Shown one piece after another: positions 25,658 to 35,007 of a stretch of 64,000 nucleotides of DNA. The notes beneath the pieces were generated by a model. The model did no database searches, was not told the DNA's origin, and saw only the letters and a program-made list of their open reading frames with translations. This DNA comes from Verrucomicrobiia bacterium (GTDB taxonomy: Bacteria > Verrucomicrobiota > Verrucomicrobiia > Limisphaerales > UBA1319): contig OY760937.1 of NCBI GenBank assembly GCA_963664225.1, positions 1,599,236 through 1,663,235 of the forward strand, given 5' to 3'. The position numbers were made by a program, and so were the translations under genes. Each line of letters opens with the position of its first letter. Position 1 is the stretch's first letter.

Positions 25658-28150
25658 TCACGGCATCGCGATCCTATACCAGCGCATTGGATGCCTCCCC
25701 GCATCGGCATCGATGAGTCTCCCAGCCCCCGCAGAATCGGTCTGGTTGGTGCTCAGATTACTCCAGGCCGCTTCCGCCAGCGCATCCCTGCATTGCAGCA
25801 CGTAAGCCTGCCCCGTGCGCCCGCTGAAACTTATCGTGGCCACCCCCTCCTGATAATCCATCGAACGGATCACGATCGTTTCCGTGCTCGCTGCCGCACC
25901 CGCCTCGACCGCAGTTTGCGTTGCGGTCGGTGTATTCGTCGTGCCTGAGAGATGCGGCACTGGAAACCGCCGATGCGTGTTTAATTCCGCCAATCCGATG
26001 AACCGGTTCTTGAACGTCTCATCCAGCGACCCGTCGGAATTCACCCGGGCCAGATGCTGGCGTGGAACCCCATTCACTCTGTCGAAAAATCCGCAGATGA
26101 CAATCCGTCCATCGTTTTGAATCGCCATGTCCATGACGCGCCCTTCTAACGAACTGGCGGTTTTGCATTTGAAACCGGGGTCCGTCGAGCCATTCTTTTC
26201 GAGCCGGACCACCCCGGACGCGTCTTCCCCATTGATGGTCCCGATCAGCCCCGACACCAGTATCCTTCCGCTCCCATCCGTCTTAAGCGTGATGGAACTT
26301 CGGATATCGGCCTCGTATCGATTCGTGAAACTGAAATCAGGCCGCCAATTCCGGTCAAAACGCATCAGCCGGCCGCGCGCTTTCATGGCGCCATCAACAA
26401 CCTCATCCCGTATCGCCAGAATGGCGCCTCCATCCGGCAAACGCACCGCATACCGGCAAAGCTCAATGGGCACTTCCTCAAAAAGCGCCTGGAACACCAC
26501 CGCCGCATCCACCGCGGACGGAGCTTCCGTCCAGCGCTCAAAAGGAAGATCGACCGCAGGCGCCTTTCCGGGCAGATCGGATGCGGGCGCTCCAGCCTGA
26601 AAGGGAGGTCTCCGCGCCGCGGGCGTGTCGCGCGTCCAGTCAATCGCTTTTCGAGTCCAGAATCCGACAGGCCCCAGTGTAAGAACCAATCCCGAAGGTC
26701 GTGAAAATTCCCCATTCGATGAAATCGCGGGAATTGGCAAAACCGGCGCCCCCGTCGCGTCCAGCCGATGCACCGTCCAGGGATAGGGCGCCCTCGGTCC
26801 ATCGACCGCCGCGCTCATCACCGCCATCGTGCCATCGCTAAGCAGCGCGGCAGGAACAATTCCACCCGGCAGATACGGTCTTCCGGGAACATTCGTCCTC
26901 CCGCGCCAGGGCTCGAATGCCTCATCCACACGCCCATCGGACATTAACATCGCATAGCCCGGTCTCTTCCTTTCATCCACCGCATCGAACAGGCCCGAGG
27001 TGAAAATCCTGCCATCGTCACAAACCGTTGCATGCGCGTTCATGGCGCTGGATCCCGGCAGCGTCACACTGGAGAAAAAGGTGCGATCCAGAGAACCGTC
27101 GGGTTGGAGCCGTAACGCCGCCCGCCTGAAATAGCCAAGCGATCCCGACTCCGGATCCGTGAAGTAACCGAACAGGCTTGCCGCCACCACAATCCTGCCG
27201 TCCGCCTGCAGCGCCAATCCGCCCGGGGGAGAACTCAGGGACATGAACGCGGCCTCTGCTAGTGGTTCGCGCACTTCTGTTCCGTCCGGAGCTTCAGCCA
27301 GACCTGAACCCGACGCCACTACCTGATTCGTGCCAGCAACCTTCTCCGCTGGTGTCCCGGACGGCCCATGGTTGACCATCGCGGTGAAGAGGACGCCTCC
27401 GGTCACCAGTGCGGTCGCCCCCAAACCAATAAGCCATTTGTATTTCGCCCAGGCCATCACATTGGGCACGGTCTTGGCGAGCGCCAAAACGGTTGTGGAA
27501 GCGCCTCCACCATTTAAAGCCATTCCCACAACCCCCGCCGCCATTCCTATTGGCGCGGCCTGCACCGAATGGGCCGTCAGCGCTCCCGCAATGGCCGTGC
27601 CCGTCATGACTACACCGCGCTTGGCAAAATATTTTCGCAATCTCTCCAGTGCGCGCGACACCCGCTTTTGCGCCACCTCAGGACTCACCTTCAGCGCCAT
27701 GGCGATTTCCGCTCCAGTTTTCCTCTCAAAATAGCGCAGCACCAGCGCGGCACGATCCGTTTCTCCCAGCGACGTCATCGCCTCCTCCAGCATAGGGGAT
27801 AGTTGCTGCCACGCGGAATTGGGATCGTCGTTTGGCAGTGCGGATTGCATGTAAGCCTCCTGTTCTCGACGTTGACGTCGGCGCTGGATTTTCAAGGCAT
27901 CCGCCGCCGCGTACAGCGCGGCCCGATACAACCACGCGGATAGGATGGTGTTGGGCCCGAGCGTCCCAGCCTTGCGCGCCAGAATGACGAATACGGCTTG
28001 CGTAACGTCCTGCGCCAGATGCGAGTCGCCCACCTGCCGAAGCGCCGCCGAGTGGACCAGCCCAATGTACCGCTCCACCAGCGCGGCAAAGGCCGACTCG
28101 GATTGGCTGGCGACAAACTCCCGCACCAACGCCATGTCGTCGTTCATCAT
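25658..28150 (-). CDS. single-chain ECF sigma factor fused to TM segments and an extracytoplasmic delta-60-repeat domain
   Basis: Sigma region 2 (LAQDVTQAVFVILARK) and region 4 (DRAALVLRYFERKTGAEIAMALKVSPEVAQKRVSRALERLRKYF). TM helices follow. Then repeated DGSLDRTF / DGRIVV / DGSLDETF motifs (delta-60-like). The C-terminus ends ...MRWYRIAMP. Confidence 0.8.
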   Translation of the reverse strand: MMNDDMALVREFVASQSESAFAALVERYIGLVHSAALRQVGDSHLAQDVTQAVFVILARKAGTLGPNTILSAWLYRAALYAAADALKIQRRRQRREQEAYMQSALPNDDPNSAWQQLSPMLEEAMTSLGETDRAALVLRYFERKTGAEIAMALKVSPEVAQKRVSRALERLRKYFAKRGVVMTGTAIAGALTAHSVQAAPIGMAAGVVGMALNGGGASTTVLALAKTVPNVMAWAKYKWLIGLGATALVTGGVLFTAMVNHGPSGTPAEKVAGTNQVVASGSGLAEAPDGTEVREPLAEAAFMSLSSPPGGLALQADGRIVVAASLFGYFTDPESGSLGYFRRAALRLQPDGSLDRTFFSSVTLPGSSAMNAHATVCDDGRIFTSGLFDAVDERKRPGYAMLMSDGRVDEAFEPWRGRTNVPGRPYLPGGIVPAALLSDGTMAVMSAAVDGPRAPYPWTVHRLDATGAPVLPIPAISSNGEFSRPSGLVLTLGPVGFWTRKAIDWTRDTPAARRPPFQAGAPASDLPGKAPAVDLPFERWTEAPSAVDAAVVFQALFEEVPIELCRYAVRLPDGGAILAIRDEVVDGAMKARGRLMRFDRNWRPDFSFTNRYEADIRSSITLKTDGSGRILVSGLIGTINGEDASGVVRLEKNGSTDPGFKCKTASSLEGRVMDMAIQNDGRIVICGFFDRVNGVPRQHLARVNSDGSLDETFKNRFIGLAELNTHRRFPVPHLSGTTNTPTATQTAVEAGAAASTETIVIRSMDYQEGVATISFSGRTGQAYVLQCRDALAEAAWSNLSTNQTDSAGAGRLIDADAGRHPMRWYRIAMP

Positions 28151-28301
28151 TCACCTATTCATGGACGCAGATCGCCGAATCGGACAATCTTTTTGATGAA
28201 ACGATTTTCGACTTATTTTGAACAAGGTCGTTATTTTGGAGTCTTCTACTTTGTGATACAAAGTTATCAGCTTAACAAAGTTTAGCCTAGGTATAGTCCT
28301 T

Positions 28302-29849
28302 ATGCGCATTCTTTTGCTCAATCCACCGCACAATGCCATCGGCAGCCGGATTCCTCTCGAACATCTCCCTCCCCTCGGCCTTTTATGCCTGGGCGGCCCT
28401 CTCCTTGACGCCGGTCACCAGGTCCATCTCTTCGATGCCGAGTTTGGCCCGGCTTCGATGGACGCGATTCTGGCCCAGGTGCGCCGCCACAAACCGCAGG
28501 CCGTCTTGATTGGCCATTCAGGATCGACCTCCGCGCATCCCGTCGTCGTTGCCATCACCCGCGCCATCCGCAGGGAACATCCCGGCATCTGGATCATCTA
28601 TGGCGGCGTGTTTCCCACCTTTCACTGGCGCGACATCATGGAGCGGGAAACGCAAATCGACATCATCGTGCGGGGCGAAGGCGAGGAAACCATCGTTCGC
28701 TTGATCTCCGCGCTGGAAACCGGGACACCCCTGGGGGAAGTGCCCGGCATCGTCTATCGTGCTGCAAACACGCATCATCCCGACGAACCTGGCACGGCTA
28801 TGGCCACCGTCCCGGCACGAATCGTCGAGAATCTGGATCGCCACAGGGTGGGTTGGGAATTGATCGATCACAAGCGCTACAGCTATTGGGGCAATCGTCG
28901 CGCGGTCGTGGCCCAATTCTCACGCGGCTGTCCGCATCGCTGCAATTACTGCGGCCAGCGTGAATTCTGGAAACGCTGGCGTCACCGGGACCCCGTCACA
29001 TTCGCTGCCGAACTGGCCCGGCTTTACCGCGAACACGGCGTGGAGGTGATTAATTTTGCCGACGAAAATCCTACCGCGTCCCGCCCGGCCTGGCGCGCCT
29101 TTCTCGAGGCGCTCATCGCGGAAAAAGTCCCGCTGATTCTCGTGGCCTCCACCCGCTCGGACGACATCGTCCGCGACGCCGATATTCTGCATCTCTACAA
29201 GAAAGCGGGCGTCGCGCGTTTCCTTCTTGGCATGGAGAGCACGGATGAGCGGACTCTTGAGAAGATTCAAAAGGACAGCCACGCATCCACCGATCGCGAG
29301 GCCATCCGGCTGTTGCGCAAAAACGGCATTCTCTCAATGGTGGCCTATGCCACGGGGTTTCAGGAGGAGACGGATGCGGACTACTTTCGCACCTTGCGCC
29401 AGATTGTTTCCTATGATCCGGACCAGATCCAGGCACTCTATGTCACGCCGCATCGCTGGACACCGCTGGCGCAAATGGAATCGGGGCGTCGCGTGATCCA
29501 GATGGACCTGCGCAAATGGGATTACAAACACCAGGTGCTGGCCTCGAAAAACATGCCACCCTGGCGCATGCTACTCTGGTTGAAGCTCATTGAAGCGGCC
29601 GTTCAGCTCCGGCCCAAGTCGCTCTGGCGCGTTTTGGCCCATCCCGATCCCGGACTGCGCCGGGCCATGCGCTGGTATTACCAAATCGGCCGCCGTGTCT
29701 GGCCCTATGAACTCTGGAATTTTATATTCAACGACCGACGTATCGAAAACGGTCCCACGCTGGGCGAATTCTGGGGACCGGATCGCCGTGCCGAACCAGT
29801 GCGTGGCCCTGTCTCAGCCATCGCGAAACACTTCGAGATTCACGCGTAA
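28302..29849 (+). CDS. B12-binding domain radical SAM protein
   Basis: N-terminal cobalamin-binding-type MRILLLNPP...LGLLCLGG. Radical SAM cluster motif FSRGCPHRCNYCGQ. Size and layout are compatible with BchE/HpnP/HpnR-like methylases, but the subfamily is unresolved. Confidence 0.85.
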   Translation: MRILLLNPPHNAIGSRIPLEHLPPLGLLCLGGPLLDAGHQVHLFDAEFGPASMDAILAQVRRHKPQAVLIGHSGSTSAHPVVVAITRAIRREHPGIWIIYGGVFPTFHWRDIMERETQIDIIVRGEGEETIVRLISALETGTPLGEVPGIVYRAANTHHPDEPGTAMATVPARIVENLDRHRVGWELIDHKRYSYWGNRRAVVAQFSRGCPHRCNYCGQREFWKRWRHRDPVTFAAELARLYREHGVEVINFADENPTASRPAWRAFLEALIAEKVPLILVASTRSDDIVRDADILHLYKKAGVARFLLGMESTDERTLEKIQKDSHASTDREAIRLLRKNGILSMVAYATGFQEETDADYFRTLRQIVSYDPDQIQALYVTPHRWTPLAQMESGRRVIQMDLRKWDYKHQVLASKNMPPWRMLLWLKLIEAAVQLRPKSLWRVLAHPDPGLRRAMRWYYQIGRRVWPYELWNFIFNDRRIENGPTLGEFWGPDRRAEPVRGPVSAIAKHFEIHA

Positions 29850-30173
29850 GGCCGCCAACCGATGGTTCCTGCGGAAACCGTTGCGCTTGCATTAAACAGG
29901 ACGCTTATCCAAGTTGGGATCGCATTAATGCAGGATCGTCCAAAGGGCGCACAGGGCAGTGCTCGTACTGGTCTAATCTTCTTTGCCCGGTCATGGAACG
30001 TCTGGCAACACCGCCAGGGTTCCCTGATGTGGTTTTATTCATCACGTCCGGCGTTTGATTGGTTTGTCCGCGTTCAGCATTGGAAAACAGCCCTGACCTG
30101 AAAAAGTATTTCATAATGTTATTGAGTGGTGAACCGCATGGTTTGAGTCGGCTTTGTTGAAACGATACAACGA

Positions 30174-30281
30174 TTAACGGCGCACGAGTAGAATCAACAC
30201 AATGATGACAAGAAGGAATCCAACCGAGCCTCCGCCGACCCAGATGAGATTGCCAAGAATGGGTGAGAATAAAATATGCAT
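30174..30281 (-). CDS. possible 35-aa membrane peptide (lmo0937/DUF-type small membrane protein-like)
   Basis: Hand-translated as MHILFSPILGNLIWVGGGSVGFLLVIIVLILLVRR*. It is below the ORF-track size cutoff and has no clear RBS. Confidence 0.3.
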   Translation of the reverse strand: MHILFSPILGNLIWVGGGSVGFLLVIIVLILLVRR

Positions 30282-30590
30282 GCTTTGTCTTTCGTTTTCG
30301 ATGGCCGTCATTCGCCACCATTTCCTACATCAACGTTAAGTGATGCTGCAAATGCTGCCATGGGGTGAAACCCTAACGACTGCACGCGGGAGTGGGCTTG
30401 TGAAGAATGCCAAAACGCCTGAATTATTTGAGAAACCGGTTTCGACGCGAAGAAGGGATGTATGCCTCCGGCTCAGTGAAGGACTTTTGGCCGGCAATCA
30501 AAGGTAGGGTTTCACCCCATATCGTTCGAGCAGATTTCAAGCGATCCTATCCTTGCACAAGATTCAGACGTCACGTCCAACTAAATGATA

Positions 30591-30629
30591 GCGTCAGATC
30601 GGACGTTCCTGTTCCGGATTTCGGGTTAA
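30591..30629 (+). repeat. 39-nt dispersed repeat (third copy of the family flanking the group II intron site)
   Basis: gcgtcagatcggacgttcctgttccggatttcgggttaa matches 60262..60300 at 35/39 positions (manual count). Confidence 0.7.
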
Positions 30630-30668
30630 CGACGCCTTGCGCTTTCGCAATGCTGGATAGTCATTTTA

Positions 30669-31319
30669 TTGCGCACGATGAAAACAATTGCAAAGGCACT
30701 CCCTCCGGAACAACTCGAAGGCAGGGCTGACAAGAGTTTTGCAAAAGACTTTCCTGTCGTTTGCGTTGGCGGTTCAGCCGGTGGGCTCGACGCATTTACG
30801 CGGCTACTCCAACATTTGCCGACTGATATGGGGGCGGCCGTCGTCATCGTTAATCATGTGAGAAACGTGGACACCCGGCTGCATGAAATTCTTCCGCGCT
30901 TCACGACGATGCCGGTTGAATTGATCACAGAACGATTGGATATCCGGCCCAACCATGTATTCATCATCCCCACGCAGCGCGACTTGCATGTCCTCAATGG
31001 AGAGTTTCGCTTGAAGCCCATATCCAAACCGCGGGGATGGCCCGACGTGATCACGGTGTTTCTGCGATCCCTCACCCATCACTGGGATGGGAAACTGATC
31101 GCGGTCATTGTCTCGGGCTACGATGGCGATGGGGCCGCCGGGCTGTGCGGGATCAAGGAAGTGGGCGGCATTACCATCGCACAGAAGCTCGACACAGCCA
31201 TTCAGCCCGATATGCCGGAGAGCGCCATCGCAAGCGGGTGCATCGATTTTGTTCTTTCACCCGAGGATATCGCTGTAAAAATTGGCCAGATTGCAAAAGC
31301 CACTCCAAAGGCTGGGTGA
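30669..31319 (+). CDS. CheB-type methylesterase domain protein (stand-alone, no receiver domain)
   Basis: FPVVCVGGSAGGLDAF...VIVNH...IIPTQRDL...VIVSGYDGDGAAG..IKEVGGITIAQ matches the CheB catalytic domain layout. Confidence 0.8.
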   Translation: MRTMKTIAKALPPEQLEGRADKSFAKDFPVVCVGGSAGGLDAFTRLLQHLPTDMGAAVVIVNHVRNVDTRLHEILPRFTTMPVELITERLDIRPNHVFIIPTQRDLHVLNGEFRLKPISKPRGWPDVITVFLRSLTHHWDGKLIAVIVSGYDGDGAAGLCGIKEVGGITIAQKLDTAIQPDMPESAIASGCIDFVLSPEDIAVKIGQIAKATPKAG

Positions 31320-31323
31320 AACC

Positions 31324-31348
31324 GGGTCCTGCTTGTGATTCAGGACCC
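31324..31348. terminator. hairpin between convergent genes (possible bidirectional terminator)
   Basis: GGGTCCTG-N9-CAGGACCC lies between the cheB-like stop (31319) and the bfr stop (31393). The T-run is weak. Confidence 0.4.
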
Positions 31349-31392
31349 GATCCCTTTCTTGCACTCAAACGTCTTGCCAGACGTAACGACGT

Positions 31393-31863
31393 CTATTCGC
31401 CGGCCTGAATCGCGAGAAAATTCTGAATACCCATCTGCTTGATTTGATCCAGTTTCTCCTCGATCTCATTCACATGCCTGTCTTCATCCTTTAGATTTCC
31501 CTCCAGAATTTCCTTCGTGGCATTGTCGCCCAGATCGGTGGCCAATTTGACCGCCTTATTGTAATTCCCCACCGCCGTCATTTCGGAGGCCAGGTCGTTG
31601 GCGCACTGCTGCGGAACATCGGCGCCAATATGGACCTTGTTCAGCACTCCGACGACCGGCGTGCCTTCCAGAAACAAAATCCGCTCGATCAGCTTTTCGG
31701 CATGCTTCATTTCCGTGATGGCGCGCGCGCCTACGGATTTCTTCAGCTTGCGGTAGCCCCAATTCTCGGCCATTTCCCCATGCACGACATACTGATTGAT
31801 CGCGGTCAATTCATCGGCCAGCAATTCGTTGAGTGCGTGCAGCAGTTTCTCATTGCCCTTCAT
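31393..31863 (-). CDS. bfr: bacterioferritin
   Basis: MKGNEKLLHALNELLADELTAINQYVVHGEM...ITEMKHAEKLIERILFLEG. The ATG at 31863 has an aggagga RBS. Confidence 0.9.
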   Translation of the reverse strand: MKGNEKLLHALNELLADELTAINQYVVHGEMAENWGYRKLKKSVGARAITEMKHAEKLIERILFLEGTPVVGVLNKVHIGADVPQQCANDLASEMTAVGNYNKAVKLATDLGDNATKEILEGNLKDEDRHVNEIEEKLDQIKQMGIQNFLAIQAGE

Positions 31864-31904
31864 TTCGGTATCCTCCTGTTTTGCGCCCTTGCGGAGGCGC
31901 GGGT

Positions 31905-32537
31905 TTATTTCAGTTGCGATGCGGCAAACTCCCAGTTCGCCAGATGTTCCAGGAAGGCTTCCACGAAATCCTTCCGTCGGTTCTGGTAGTCCAGATAATA
32001 GGCGTGCTCCCACACATCGCAGGCCAGGATCGCGGTTTGTCCGTGAGCCGCCGGGGTATCCGCGTTGGAGGTCTTCATGATCTTCAACACCTCGCCCTCT
32101 TGAACCAGCCAGGCCCAGCCGCTGCCAAACTGCGCCAGGGCTGCTGTCGCGAAGGCCTTTTTGAATTCGTCGAAACTCTGGAAGGACTTGTCAACCATCT
32201 TCAATAGTCGTCCCGTCGGCTTGCCGTTGCCGCCGCCTTTCATGCTTTTCCAGAAAAAGGTGTGGTTCCAGACCTGGGCCGCGTTGTTGAAAATGGCCGC
32301 CTTGTCGGTGGCACCCGCGGTTTCCGTGATGATCTTATCCAGCGGCTGCCCCACCCATGACGTGCCCGCTGCCAGCTTGTTCAGGTTATCGACGTATGCC
32401 TGGTGGTGCTTGCCGTAATGGAAACTCATGGTCTTGGCGGAAATGGAAGGCTCCAGCGCGTCCTGGGCGTAAGGCAACGGCGGCAGTTCAAACTCCGTCG
32501 TGGCGATAATGGGATGTTTCGATTCAGGTTTATTCAT
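31905..32537 (-). CDS. Fe/Mn superoxide dismutase
   Basis: FELPPLPYAQDALEPSISAKTMSFHYGKHHQAYV and DVWEHAYYLDYQNRR. Confidence 0.92.
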   Translation of the reverse strand: MNKPESKHPIIATTEFELPPLPYAQDALEPSISAKTMSFHYGKHHQAYVDNLNKLAAGTSWVGQPLDKIITETAGATDKAAIFNNAAQVWNHTFFWKSMKGGGNGKPTGRLLKMVDKSFQSFDEFKKAFATAALAQFGSGWAWLVQEGEVLKIMKTSNADTPAAHGQTAILACDVWEHAYYLDYQNRRKDFVEAFLEHLANWEFAASQLK

Positions 32538-32718
32538 AAAAGCTCCTTGGGACTGAAAACATCGTTAAAATGTCTAAAGATAATCAACCCCGCCATGGGG
32601 TGTATTCCCCATGGACAACTCTCTTTTTTAGAACCAGGTGAACAGCGCGTGCCATGAGTGGAATTCCCCTGGCCCATCAAAAGTGCGCGACCGGCCATAC
32701 AGTGCCGCAACAAAAACC

Positions 32719-33540
32719 TCAGACCTGAAGGAATGCCAGAAGGTCGGCATTGAGTTGGTCTTTGTGGGTGTCGGCAAGACCGTGCGAGCCACCCGGATAG
32801 ATCTTCAGCGTCGCGTATTTGACAAGCTTGGATGAGGCGTGAGCCGAGGGGCCGATTGGCACGATCTGGTCGTCGTCACCATGTATGATCAGCGTTGGCC
32901 TGTCGAACTTCTTGAGATCCTCTGTGAAATCCGTTTCGGAAAACGCCTTGATGCAGTCGAACTGGTTTTTGAGTCCGCCTTGCATTGCGCGAAACCAAAA
33001 CGCATCGCGCACGCCCTGGCTGACCCTGGCGCCCGGCCTGTTGGCGCCGAAGAATGGAGTCGTGAGATCCTTGAAGAACTGGGACCGGTCGGCGGTAACT
33101 CCGGCACGGATGTCGTCGAACGCCTTCATTGGCAGACCGCCGGTATTGCCATGCGTCTGGAGCATCAACGGTGGGACCGCGCTCAACAGCACGGCCTTGG
33201 CGACACGTTTGGTGCCGTGCCGCCCGATGTAGCGGGCGACCTCCCCGCCGCCGGCAGAGTGACCGACCAGGGTAACGTCGTCGAGGTTGAGCGTTTCGAT
33301 GAGTTCCGACAGGTCGTCGCCATACTGGTCCATCGTGTTGCCGTTCCAGGGTTGGCTCGAACGACCGTGGCCGCGACGATCATGCGCAATGCAGCGATAA
33401 CCGTTGGCGGCCAGAAATGTCATCTGGCTTTCCCACGCATCGCCGCTGAGAGGCCAGCCATGACTGAATACAACCGGTTTTCCAGTGCCCCAGTCCTTGT
33501 AATAAATCCGCGTGGAGTCTTTCGTCGTAAATGTGCTCAT
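32719..33540 (-). CDS. alpha/beta hydrolase (non-heme haloperoxidase/arylesterase type)
   Basis: [73 protein letters not shown] at 33540. Confidence 0.88.
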   Translation of the reverse strand: MSTFTTKDSTRIYYKDWGTGKPVVFSHGWPLSGDAWESQMTFLAANGYRCIAHDRRGHGRSSQPWNGNTMDQYGDDLSELIETLNLDDVTLVGHSAGGGEVARYIGRHGTKRVAKAVLLSAVPPLMLQTHGNTGGLPMKAFDDIRAGVTADRSQFFKDLTTPFFGANRPGARVSQGVRDAFWFRAMQGGLKNQFDCIKAFSETDFTEDLKKFDRPTLIIHGDDDQIVPIGPSAHASSKLVKYATLKIYPGGSHGLADTHKDQLNADLLAFLQV

Positions 33541-33704
33541 GGTTTTATCCTTATTATTGATCGATGGAAATGAACCTGCGGTCATTCAAATCACTACAAA
33601 CAGTCCTCAACGGCCTGAGCCACTCTTCCAGCCAGAAACCGGTCTTCTCTCCGGTGTCGCCATGCTGGTCATGTGAAAGAGAACCAAACGCATCGCGCGC
33701 GGTG

Positions 33705-34322
33705 TCAGGGTTCACGTTTCAGGATGAGTGGTGAGGATTGTCCCCACTTTCCAGTAAACACGAACTTGCCCAACGGCTTTCGTTGCCTGGGCGTCGAGTC
33801 GCGTTCCTTCAAGGCCTCTGGGAGTTTGGCCGGATCCGCCTTGTATCCGATGGCGAGGGCCGTCCACGCCTCAAAATGTTCCGGAATCTGGTAAAGTTCC
33901 CGCGCCTTGTCGGGGAGGATGCCAATCATCTGATGGACAGACAGGCCGCGTGCGGTTGCCTCCACCAGAAGATTCCCGGCGGCCAGACCCAGATCATGAA
34001 CAGCGGCCCGATTGTCCTTTTTGTTCTTTGCGAATTGCAGACTCACCACGCCCAGAACTAGCACTGGCGCGGCCTTCGCCCATGCCTGGTTTGCCTCCAC
34101 AAGACAGCCAAGCATTCGCGCGAACTCCACAGGGTCCTCCCTGGTGGCAACCAGATAATTCCATGGCTGTTCGTTGTAAGAGGACGCCGCCCACCGGGCG
34201 GCTTCGAACAACGATCGAAGGTCCCCCTCCGGAACGGAACGATCGTCGAAACCGTAGGGGCTCCACCGCTCCGAGAGAAGCTTGAGGATGGGATGGTCTG
34301 TCACTGCATTCTTGATGTTCAT
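33705..34322 (-). CDS. nitroreductase family protein
   Basis: LLSERWSPYGFDDRSVPEGDLRSLFEAARWAASSYNEQPWNYLV. ATG at 34322. Confidence 0.85.
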   Translation of the reverse strand: MNIKNAVTDHPILKLLSERWSPYGFDDRSVPEGDLRSLFEAARWAASSYNEQPWNYLVATREDPVEFARMLGCLVEANQAWAKAAPVLVLGVVSLQFAKNKKDNRAAVHDLGLAAGNLLVEATARGLSVHQMIGILPDKARELYQIPEHFEAWTALAIGYKADPAKLPEALKERDSTPRQRKPLGKFVFTGKWGQSSPLILKREP

Positions 34323-34392
34323 ATTCTCGATTTTGATTTCACTGAGGCCACCATCGGAATGCTTTTGGAATGGGATGCACGCCAATCATGGC

Positions 34393-34629
34393 CTAAGCCT
34401 GATTTGTCTTCCGCCCGGAACCGCTCTTTTTGCCGCCGCCGCTGAGTTTGTTGACGGTGGCCCATGCACGAGCTTCCGCGGTTTTCGTGTTGAGACCTTT
34501 TTTCTCGTAACCAGCTTCAATATGCGCGGCCTGGCGCTTCTGTTTATCGGTGTAACTGGATTTATCGCCTTGAGGCATTGGTGGTCCTTTCTCTTGGACG
34601 GAATAAGACGCCGTATTCTTTTCTTTCAA
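34393..34629 (-). CDS. small basic stress-type protein (GDKSSYTDKQKRQA...RAWATVNK family)
   Basis: GDKSSYTDKQKRQAAHIEAGYEKKGLNTKTAEARAWATVNKLSGGGKKSGSG resembles the small proteins often annotated as plasmid stabilization protein. An alternative start exists at 34578. Confidence 0.65.
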   Translation of the reverse strand: MKEKNTASYSVQEKGPPMPQGDKSSYTDKQKRQAAHIEAGYEKKGLNTKTAEARAWATVNKLSGGGKKSGSGRKTNQA

Positions 34630-34663
34630 ACGCTGCCGTTTAACAATTCATGAGTGGCACTCT

Positions 34664-34783
34664 TCATTGACAGGTGGCCGACCGGACGGCACGCCCATGA
34701 CCATCCTGCAACTGGTTTGGCGTCTGAATGGTTCCAGAACGTCCTCCCTTGGAAATCGCTTCCGTTGCGAACAGAATTTTCAT
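34664..34783 (-). pseudogene. possible 5' remnant of an ohr/osmC-family peroxiredoxin gene
   Basis: MKILFATEAISKGGRSGTIQTPNQL resembles the Ohr N-terminus (..LYTA.A.A.GGR.G...S.DG.L). The frame stops after ~40 codons and there is no room for the remainder. Confidence 0.35.
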
Positions 34784-35007
34784 CTTGGTCCAGCCAATAC
34801 CTTGCGCCTTGGAATGGTCTTTCTCCATGGGGTGTAACCCTACCTCTTCCAACGATCGGCCAACGATACTTCCTCCCGCGAATGAAGGTTTTATTACATC
34901 CCATCCAACCGCAGAACCTGTGATTTATCGGTTGGCGTTGCTTGACAGCCCGTTGGATGGGTCAGTCCCGAATGGCGCTTGGGCAGGCAATATACTGGTG
35001 ACCTCTG

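Noticed and set aside
29905-30321. A 138-aa minus-strand ORF in the gap after the radical SAM gene.
   Set aside because: It has no motifs and odd composition. The only plausible coding element seen there is the 35-codon hydrophobic peptide at 30174..30281, which is in a different frame.
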